From Callorhinchus milii (lineage: Eukaryota), in the NCBI RefSeq assembly GCF_018977255.1, contig NW_024704755.1, positions 620,001-684,000 on the forward strand: a stretch of 64,000 nt of DNA, read 5' to 3'. The translations under genes and the position numbers were made by a program. The notes beneath the pieces were generated by a model that saw only the letters and a program-made list of their open reading frames with translations, made no database searches and had not been told where the DNA came from. Of the stretch, positions 54,201 to 64,000 are shown piece after piece (within the stretch, counting starts at the first letter, position 1; the number at the start of each line of letters is the position of its first letter).

Positions 54201-57200
54201 CAGGAAAGGTAAAACATTGTGAGGTTTGTTATGTAACACAGACATAATCTCAGTGGTCATTTCTTCTCCATTTCCTCCCTTTCATGTTATGCATCTCTGA
54301 GGGAACACGGGTATCTTGGTGCCAGGTTTCAGTCCGAGCTCATTTGGGTTATGAAACCTGTCAGAGGCTGGGGGTGGGGGTGGTGGGTGGTTGGTACGGT
54401 CACAGGAAAGGTTTGAAGGGCGAGATCAACTCACTTGGCACTGATCAGACCTGGGACCTTCCTGCTCTGTTCTGCTCAGTGCTGTATCACTCGGGCAGGT
54501 GTATTCCCAGATCAGTCCATGGATGTTTTGGTGACCAGGGAATGAAAGGATCCTGGTATTGTGTCATGTTTAGATGTTCGGAAATGATCAAATGATCTTG
54601 ATCAGATCCTCGCTGGGGTACAGTCTGTAATCGTCAGTTCCAGGTTTTATATTGCTTTACCCAGCAGGAGCCTGGCAGCCATTTCCCATTCAGTTAAAAT
54701 GCAGGTTTAACCAGCTGATGCACCTCTGTTTATTTCTCAGATGTTCCACTGTTTATGCACTAACCGTTTGTTTATTCCCCAACTGACAGCACTCTGCTGC
54801 GCTTGGCTGGTGTGCTATGGAATATGGAGGTGCCGCTTCTCGTCTGCAGGACGTACGGGCTGGTGGGGTACATGAGACTGGCTGTGAAAGAGCACACAGG
54901 TAAAGTTTCTTTGACTCTTTACTTTTTTTCTTCTTGAAATCCAGGAGGAGCTGAGTTCCCCTCAGCCACAAACTTAGGGAAGAGCAGTTCCTCGGGTTCA
55001 GTGGATAAAGCACAGTCCATCTTGTGCTGCACTAAGCTCCACACACACAGACGCACACATACAGACCCACACACACAAACTCACACACACAGACGCACAC
55101 ATACACACCAGGAGGTTGTGGGCTTGAATCCCGCTCTGCTGAGTGTGCTGGTCTTGGATGGGGCTTGCGGTTGATTTCCGTGCCCCTCACATTAGGGTGC
55201 GGGAAACCTGTTAGAATTCCCTTTCTTGTCTAGTGTGAGAATTGGGAATGATTCCTTTTCTCTGCCCCCTCTCTGGGAAAACTATTCCACTTGTTCACTG
55301 CACTTTGTCAAAGTAATTCAATCTGCCCCCTCCCTTGCCTCCCTCGAGGCCTGTCTCAAGACTTTCCTCTTAGATCGTGGTTTTGGGCACTGTCCCACCT
55401 CCTCTATCCTCCATTGCTAAGTTTGACAATGAAGTATTGTGACTCAGAGCAGTAGGTGACTGACTGACGTGCCGGTGTGTGTTTCTCTTTCAGTTGTGGA
55501 ATCTCACCCTGACAACGCACTGGAGGATTTGAGGCTGGATTTGCCTTTCACCCAACTCCGCGATCATGTGCAGGCATACAGCCTGGGCACAATGGAGAGA
55601 AAGGTGTGTCGGGGGCTGTGGTGCTGGAATCTTGTGAACGACATGTTTAATGTAACTCCAATGATTCCTCACTAAAGTCAAACAGCATTTAAAAGGGACG
55701 CCAGCCCTGGACTGTCCAGCACCTTGGGACTTTCCCCTGATGTGAAAGGCGCTGTGGTATAAATGTAGATTTGTTGCCGTTGTCGATAAATACTTGTGGA
55801 AAAATAATATTAAAGAGTCCGGGAAAGAGCAGGGAATAGGATTAATGCACCAAGCTCCAGCACAGACACGATGGGCTGAAGGAATGGCCTTCTCCTGTGC
55901 TGTGACCGTTCTATGATTCTAACCTGTATTTTCTCCTCTAACACGCCAGGACCACAGACACACGCCTTGGCTCATTGTGATAGCAAAATCCCTTGAAACG
56001 TGGCTGAATGAGGTACACTGTTCCAACTGCTGCGGTTTTAACCCTTGCCCTGCTGTGTAAATGCAGCCTCCCATAGAGCATCACGAGTCCTCCATATTAT
56101 ACCCGAATTTGTGTTCGTGTGAAGTATTAATATGACTGAGATCGGGTGTTATTCCTAATCTACTTCTCAATGCAAAATTTTCTGCAGTTTCAGAAGTGTA
56201 CTACAAGCTGAAGTGAATCCTTTGATCACATGTAATATGCTCTGTTTGTGGAGAAGTGACCTACTCTAATCCACGTCTTGTTACAGTCATCAATCTTGTT
56301 TGCCTCTCCTCTGATGGCTCGAGGTGGTGGAGTGGGCGGGGCTATTCAGTGAATACCTCATGCAGACAGATCTGAAAGTCTGGTTCACAAACTGCTCTGT
56401 GGTGGGTCACTGATCTCAGCCTGGTTTCCCTCTGCTGATGATTATTCAGTGCCCGCGCAAACAGTGACAGGATCAGTACAGCTGTGATTCTCAACCTCTA
56501 CGATTAGATACCTTGATTCTCCTAGTCAATGCTCACCACACAGCCCTTGCGGGTGAGGTACCAGAGAGCAATGGCTGCCAGTGGAATCATAGCTGCCGAG
56601 AGAGTCTGACACCTATTTTAGCAGCAGCTGTTACACAGCTTACCTTAGAGAAATTCTTAATATAGTTTTGTGTCTGGATCATTAGGAAGCAAATTGCTGT
56701 GTGAGCCAGAGTCACAGACTGTCTCTTATTCCTGTTCCTGCAGCATAACGATCAGCTACCGAAAAACTACAAGGAGAAGGAATCTTTTAGAGAGCTCATA
56801 CGACGAGGTGAGGGATTTGTTTACTCAGTTTTGTGTCTGGATTGGCTGCTAGAGATCTGCCGCAGAGGGATTAGGATTTGCAAATTGGATTCTGTGCTTT
56901 GCGAATTACTAATTTGGAAAGCTGGCCACTTCTCACACTTTGCCGGCTTTGGGATTCTCCGTTTGCCAATCTCACAATTAGTAGTATCAAGTCTGGCCAC
57001 AAATGAAACATGTCTGGTTCACTGCTAATCCCGTGCAAAAACAACTGCAGTTAGCTAAAGCTGCTCATTATAATGCCTGTTTTTCTATTATGTCCCATTG
57101 AACTCAACAGTGTAATTATTAATATTCTTACAAACCTGTGTGTGGAGCACGATTGCTGTGTGAAGGAAGGTTTTTGGTGCTGTACAATTTTGGTGATTCT

Positions 57201-60200
57201 CAGCTCTGAGCAGCGTGAGAGCAATCTGAGCGCCAGACTCTCTGCTCAGCCTCTGTGACGCTGTGAAGAATGCTGTCCTGGCCGACAATCCAACACATAA
57301 ACTACCATTCACCTCGTTTGCTGTTTGCAAAATGACTGCTGGATTTGCCAATAAAACCAATCATTGCCTGTGACCCGAAATGAGCTATTTTGACGTAAAG
57401 TGCTATAAAAGTAAAATTTCATCCTTTCCTTCCTGCTGCTGATATTTGGAGAAGGTTGTTAGTGAGAGTGACGTGTTGAGCTTGAGGAAGCAGATATGTG
57501 GCTGGAATGTCCCTGTTGTGGTTTGATTTCCTTTGTGTAACTAACTGAAATCAGGAATCCTGAAGAACAAGGATGGTGTGCCGGAGGACGAGGAGAACTT
57601 CATGGAAGCCATCAAGAACGTCAACACTGCTCTGAACCCCACCAAGGTATGGTCAGTGTTCGCCAGCTGCTTTGGCAGAGATCCTCGTGGAGGGGGTGGG
57701 GGTTGTGTTGGAGGGAGAGACAGGGACGTGGTGAGTAAAAATCAGGCTCAGATATTTTAATTCTACTCCTTGATTCCAGGGTGTGTGGAATCAGGTGCTT
57801 AGTCTTTTACTGGTGGACGTACATTAATTACATTTCAAGCCTTGTACCTGTTAATGGTCATTTTCTGAACCGGTTTACATTGCAGCTGAGATTGAGAGGG
57901 GTTTGGGCGGGGAGGGTCCAGAGTGGTGGGTCTCTGGTGATTGAGAGCCCTCCTAGGCATGTGATGCTCAGGATATTTTGCAAACTTGTGTTTGTAGATT
58001 CCAAGTGACATACAGGAGCTGTTCAAGGATGAGCGGTGCTGCCACATCACTGCCCAGGTAAGGGCTGAACTTGGTGAGTGTGGTGTGGGGAAAGCACGTA
58101 AGGTTTTCAGTGTCATGTTCTAGCAAACTTCCATTTGTCAAACAGCTCTGGTCTCTGAAGAAGAGCAACTGCAGGGGGACCGAGCTAACAGTTTACAGTA
58201 AATGAAAGTTGCGGTAGATTGACTTCTATTGAATCCTCTACATTGTGGGAGAGCTGGGTCTGGGTGGTTGGAAGTAATTGGATTGTAAAGTATGCATTGT
58301 GTGTCTAATAGTAAAGCATGAAAATTGCAGTCTGATATGCCTCTGTGTGTGTGTCTCTGTGTGTGTGTGTGTGTGTGTGTGTGTCTCTGTGTGTGTGTGT
58401 GTCTCTGTGTGTGTGTGTGTCTCTCTGTGCGTGTGTGTCTCTCTGTGCGTGTGTGTCTCTCTGCGTGTGTGTCTCTGTGCGTGTGTGTGTGTATTTCTAG
58501 AGCTCTATGTTTTGGATATTGACTCGATCAGTGAAGCAGTTTGTGGAGAACGAAGGAAAGGGGACCCTCCCCGTACGCGGCACCATTCCTGACATGATTG
58601 CTGACTCAGCTCGCTTCATCAAGCTGCAGAACGTGTACGTACGCCAAGTCTAACCCCCAGCGAAACGTTTATTAGGAGACAGTCACTGACTGGTGTGTAA
58701 CCTCTCCTCTCCTCACCGCAGATACCGTGAGAAAGCTAAACAAGATGCTGGCACAGTGATCAAATATGCTGCTGCACTGCTGGAATCCATAGGCAGGGTA
58801 AGTCTGTCACTGTCACTGCGGGCTTTCCTCGTTTTGCGTTGAGAAGTCTCGGACTGTGTTTCTGGGTTAATATCTTTGTAAGTTCACGGATGAGGATATG
58901 TGTGTGTGCTTGAAAACTGATGCAAGTTCAGAAGCATTTTGATAATGGGAGCTATTCTCTCTCAAGCTGCAGACTGCTCTTTCTCAATGAGCGTGTATTA
59001 TGTGGAACCTGCCGTAACGGTGCCTTGTGTTCTTTCCTCAGTCACCTGAGGCGGTCTCTGAGAAAGACGTTAGGCTTTTCTGTAAGTATCCCTGACATAT
59101 GCTCTTGTTCCACCATTATTTGAATGAAGATGCCGGGGCCACTTATACTTCCTACTCGTTTCAATCATCCACTGAACAATCCTGTCCATTTCTTGTCCAG
59201 CATTGAAGAGTCACCACTTCCAGAATATTAATGATAATCCTTGCATTGATGTCTATAGGTCAAGAGGCCAGAGTGCTTTCCAGGAAATTATTATTATTAG
59301 CATTATCATCAATAGTGATGACTGTTTGTTTGGTAATGGGGGAGTAGAGTATACATGAAACCATAAATCCCACTAGTTAATTCAGTCTGAAACTGAGTGT
59401 CCTGACTTCACTTGTATTTGCTGTAGTCTCTTCATTAGTCCCTCCCCAACACCTAAACCTCTGCCTTTTCCCAGCTGAAAGTGAAGTCAGGCTGAAGGTG
59501 AATGAGGACTTGGTGCGGGTCGATGGGTGCGGACGGCATCACAGTCCTGTCCCCACACAGTTGGCTGGTGGTCAGTTCTGGGAACCCAGGCTGAATGTCA
59601 CCCTCTATAGCCTGGGAGTTTTGAGGCACGCCTTGCTTCCAGCCAACTTAGTGCAGAGCAAGGCATTCCTGCTCAACTCGGTCACGCACTGTTTTATGTC
59701 AGTGTGTAATTTTATTTATACTAATGTTGAGTGTCTCGGTCTCTAGGTAAGAACGCAGCCTTTCTACGAGTTGTGCGGTGCCGTTCTTTGGCCGAGGAGT
59801 ACAGTGTGGAGACAGTTAATAAAGATCAAATAGGTACGTTTTGCACTGTTTGCCGGCCTCCGTCTCAAAGGCGGTGTCTTTCATTCGGCTGCTTCATAAT
59901 CCACAATTAATAATCACGAGCTATCAAAAGGGGACAAGACGAGATAGATGTCTATAAAGGTATCATTTTCAAGGCTATAGGGAAAATAGACTGCATGGAT
60001 TGCTCTTTCAGAGAGCAGTATGGACATGATGGGCCAAATGGTCATTTTCTGCAGTTCTAGCCCTCGATGTTGCACTTAAAGTTGTGCGTTTCCTTGTGTT
60101 TGCCTTGTTCAACTCCTGGTTAGAGAAGGTTTGGGAAGAACTCTTTGGGTAGAATTCCCAGAGACGTGACCTGAACAGCGATTAATGATGTGATTTTGTC

Positions 60201-61952
60201 TCTGTTTGCCAGTGTCCTGCATGGAGAACCTCGACAGTGAAATGGTGTTGTACATAATGCTTCGGGCTGTCGATGCCTTCCATAAGCAACATGGGAGATT
60301 CCCAGGTATGGACATCAATTCATTGCTTATTTGTCACGCATTTTGTTATGTATAGTATCTATGGCGTAATGTTCAGAGTAGCCTCCTTTGCATTTTTTGC
60401 TTCCTTCTACCTCAACTATTCAGCCCACGTTTTAAGATGCAGCCGAGCTAAATAATTGATACGGCTCTGATTCCCTGAACTGGTTGTGCCTCTACAACGT
60501 GGCTGGTCCTACTTTCAATCCAGTGTTTGTAGCAGAGTTTATAAATCCAGGCTGACAGTTGAGTGCAGTTCTGCCAGATCACTGCCTTATCAGAAGTGCT
60601 ATTCTTTGATTAAGGCATTAAACCCGCATTCAGTCCACCCTGATTCTAATTCACAAAAGTGTCAAATGTACAGGTAAATTGGCCGTTCCTGTCATCACTC
60701 TTAGCCTCCGCTGTATTTCAGTATAACTGTTGTAAGAAATGCGCTTTGACCTGTCATTGTGATCAGCCACGTTTTATTTAGGTTGAGAGGTAGCCATTCC
60801 ACCTGGCGCTTGCTCTGACATTTTATTCAATCCTGGTAATTCAGAGCTGAGTATTAATTGACTTTAATAACCTCTTGCTATGTTGGCAGGTGTTTATAAT
60901 TACCAAGTAGAAGAGGACATTGGGAGGCTGAAACTGTGCGTCGTTGGCCTCCTGCAGGAGTGGGGGGTGTCTGTGTCTGTCAAAGATGACTATATCCATG
61001 AATTGTAAGTCATATAAATTAAGTGGTTTCATTGAGCTAGTATTGTGATATTGCCAACCAAGCTTAAATATTGCATCAACTACAACACACCACAAAATAC
61101 CCATTTTGTAAAGTTAAAATCAGATCATCATAGGCCTGTCTCAATCCAAGAACCACTTAATAGTTGTAGATTGACATTCATTTATTCAAAGCTTAATGTT
61201 TGACTGTAAATCCTGCTGGATTGCAGCCTGAGCTGGTCCTGTTAATGTTCCCTAGAGCGTTCCTGTGAAGAGGAACACAGCCCTGTGACAAAGTAATGGT
61301 ACAGTGTGAGTTGTGCAGATTTACAAACACATGGAAGTATCGTCTGAAACATTTGTCTCTTTCAGCTGTCGTTACGGGGCTGCTGAACCACACACTGTAG
61401 CTGCTTTTTTGGGAGGTAAGTTTCATTCAACTAACATTACAAGTGGCTCCATCTTTTGCTGTGTCTTGCTGTTGTTTTAGGCCTATGCCAGCCTTGCTAT
61501 GGGGAAACAGTGCACAGGAGCAGGGGACATATGCCTCCAAAGTGACACCCACATTTGGGGGTCAAAGTTGCAAGGACTGAGGGCTGCTATCTGCCAGCAG
61601 CACTATCACTGTGCACAGGTGGCTGGGATTCCTGAGGTGCACGCACACCATCAGGTTGTCACAAGGCAGGAAATAACGGGCAGCGCAGTGTGTCGGAGAG
61701 AGTGCTAATCCGGGTCAGATGGGGTGTCAGGTAGGAAATAGGGGGCCCGGCAGCAAAGCTCGCACTTGTAGGTATTGTTTAGGAGCGTGTCCAAAGGAAA
61801 CGATAAGAGAGAGATCTGACCTTTCTGTTGCTTGTTTTTCAGGAGCTGCTGCTCAGGAGGCCATCAAAATAATCACAAGACAGTTTGTACCATTCAATAA
61901 CACATTTATTTATAACGCTATGCTGCAGACATCGATGAGTGTGCGGCTTTAG
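51260..61952 (+). CDS. NAE1: NEDD8-activating enzyme E1 regulatory subunit (APPBP1), 537 aa, 20 exons
   Basis: Exons 51260-51321, 52258-52361, 52465-52525, 52804-52834, 53176-53247, 54129-54208, 54790-54899, 55494-55603, 55950-56012, 56744-56807, 57555-57646, 57998-58057, 58501-58634, 58722-58797, 59042-59081, 59747-59833, 60213-60305, 60890-61004, 61366-61415 and 61843-61952. Motifs [41 protein letters not shown] and CRYGAAEPH; the frame is intact throughout. Confidence 0.97.
51328..51885. repeat. ATACAC-type low-complexity tract in NAE1 intron 1
   Basis: Degenerate (AT/AC/CC) repeat interleaved with copies of the exon-1 end. Confidence 0.85.
58344..58492. repeat. (TG)n/(TC) compound microsatellite abutting the NAE1 exon 13 acceptor
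   Basis: Directly visible. Confidence 0.95.
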
Positions 61953-62102
61953 ATTCCCTCACACTCTCTCTTTCTCTCCCCCACCCCTCCTGCTGCACAC
62001 ACACAAAGCTGTCATGATTTCCCTCATCAATTACAAGGCAAAGCTGTGTTGCTAATATTTGGTGCTATGTTTTGTCTCTCCAATTCCTGTAATATCAGAC
62101 AG

Positions 62103-62108
62103 AATAAA
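62103..62108 (+). terminator. Probable NAE1 polyadenylation signal
   Basis: AATAAA 150 nt after the stop, with a downstream GU-rich element. Confidence 0.65.
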
Positions 62109-62859
62109 ATTAAAACCCAATCTCTGTCTTGTTTTTGTCAACCTCACTTCGGAACACAAGAAAATTGTGAAGTGTGTGGTAACATTGTCTAGGATTGGCT
62201 TGATGGTGGATTTAAATATTTGATGTATAGAATCCAATGAAGTTTGTCTAAGTTAAACTGTGAAAGTCCACCCTCGTCAGTCACGACAGGAGTGTCTGTT
62301 CTTCCGACTTGTACAGTAATCCAACCACAGAGGAACAGAGTACAAAAGCAGGGAAGTAGTGTTATATTAATGTAAACCTTGTTTAGGCCATATTTATAAT
62401 AATCCTTGCAAGCGCTCCAAGACACCGTCCGGCACGAAGAGTGCTATATAAATGCAAGTTGTTGTTGCATTTGTTATAGTGCCTTATGTCATTGAAACAT
62501 CTCAATGTGCTTCACAGAATATGAATAAATTGTATTTTGTGAGTGAAAACACCACAGCCAGTTGGCGGGAAGTGGAGTGTTGATATTACCTATCTATCAA
62601 GCTGTTATCTTTAGCCATCAAGAGAGATTGGTTAGATTAGAGATTTGTTTTCGAGGTGAGACGATTGAAAGGGAACCTGCTGTTTTTTGTCTTCTACTTG
62701 TTGGTGAATCCAAAACGAGGGGCATAAATATGAGACAGTCAGTAGCAGATACAGAAGGGAGTTTAGGAGGATGTTGGTGTGATTGTGGAACTCGCTGGTG
62801 GAAGCAAAAACTATCTGCATACGGAGAGGAAAGTGGGTGCGCACAGGAGAGTAGCAGAG

Positions 62860-63177
62860 AGGCGGCCGTGTGGGGCATCCACACGAGGGTCACTCTCCGG
62901 CACTTTGAAAGTCCCGCCACCTGGGACGTAATAACGTCACTGCGAGGGCGGCGGTCAGGCCATGCGGGGGGGGGGGGGGGGGTGACGTCATGACGTAGCC
63001 GGGCGCGGTTTGAGCGGGAAGCGGCTGTGAGGTGAGGCGCTCGAGGCCAACAGTTCATCATCTCGGTCTCGGCCGCTAATGGCGTCGGACTGACTGACAC
63101 CCGCCGGGGCCGAGCGGATAGGGGCCCAGCGCAGCCCGACTGACTGACATACACACTGACATACCGCTCTCCCTCAG
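62860..63177 (+). promoter_or_regulatory. CpG-island promoter and probable non-coding first exon of the next gene (TERB1 expected by human synteny, unproven)
   Basis: CRE-like TGACGTCA/TGACGT repeats, TTTGAA next to TCCCGCC (CHR/E2F-like), YY1-like AATGGCG and a candidate donor CAG|GTGAAA at 63177. Confidence 0.5.
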
Positions 63178-64000
63178 GTGAAAGGTTCGGGGGAGAGGGT
63201 TTAAACCGAAGAAAAAAAAAATCGTTCCCCGCGAATCCTCAGCGTTTCACACTTTTTTGTTTTTTTAAAAAAAAAAAAAAAAAAATTGGGATCCGTTTTG
63301 TGTGGGAAAAAAATATATCCGGTGGGGGATTGTATTGTAGGGATTGTACATCCACACTCCACCAACGGTGAGTGTCAGGGTCTGTGGATTTGAAAATAAA
63401 TAGGGCCCTATGTACTGCACAGTGGGGGAGGGGGGGAGGGGGTTAAACTGGTTAATCCACTGCGAACCTGTGGGTATTGCTGTGTCTCTCACTTTGTGTG
63501 TGTGTGTGTGAGAGGGACCGCGAGGCCTGAGTTGATGAAGATGCTGCATTTTCAAAGACATGTTTTATCTGTTTGAAACAAAACCCCGTTCCTCGTGGCT
63601 GGAGGAGTGGAAGTGACCCTCCTCTCAGCATCTTCTACCCCCGGCACTGCCGCCCTTCACGAGGGCAGTCGTTCGCTTGTGAGACACGTCCGCCCCCGAG
63701 GCTGGAAATGTCCCGAAGCTGCGATATTTTAAAAACAAACCGTGAAATGTGTTGTACGAAAGGCCCCCCCACTCCACGTACAAACAACAACAACAAGATT
63801 CCATTTATCGAGCGCCTTTCACGTCGGGAGGACGTCCCGAACCGTACTCCACAACCGCTCACTGAGATGAGCCGTACTGGTGTGGCACAACGTGAAAGGT
63901 TCCCGAAGCCGCTTTCTGTTGTTCAACTTGAATGGAAGAGTGGCCCCGAGAGGAGAATGTGCATTTTAATGCTACATTTTAAAGATCTGAATTGCTGAAA

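Overview
Intron-rich vertebrate DNA, most likely from a cartilaginous fish (inferred from compact introns and tRNA-headed, LINE2-tailed SINEs). The window is syntenic with the human 16q22 block. I assembled all exons by hand from splice sites and reading phase. In order: the 5' half of a carboxylesterase (-), a 5'-truncated ANKAR-like armadillo-repeat pseudogene (+), CIAO2B/FAM96B (-, with a U12 AT-AC intron), RRAD (+), CDH16 (+, with four 1-nt deletions), CA7 (-), NAE1 (+, 20 intact exons), and the CpG promoter/first exon of a further + gene. The most unusual signals are: (1) a 30-copy in-frame minisatellite built from the carboxylesterase start-codon unit, with CTG replacing ATG in most upstream copies; (2) a ~630-bp minisatellite whose units carry overlapping E-box and RBPJ/CSL consensus sites, next to a MEF2 cluster; (3) a perfect 33-bp hairpin with pre-miRNA-like geometry; (4) a K-to-R change in the RRAD P-loop; (5) duplicated exon-1 ends in NAE1 intron 1; (6) gene-order differences from human. 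No wholly new biological system can be demonstrated from the sequence alone. Protein comparisons are from memory, not database searches.
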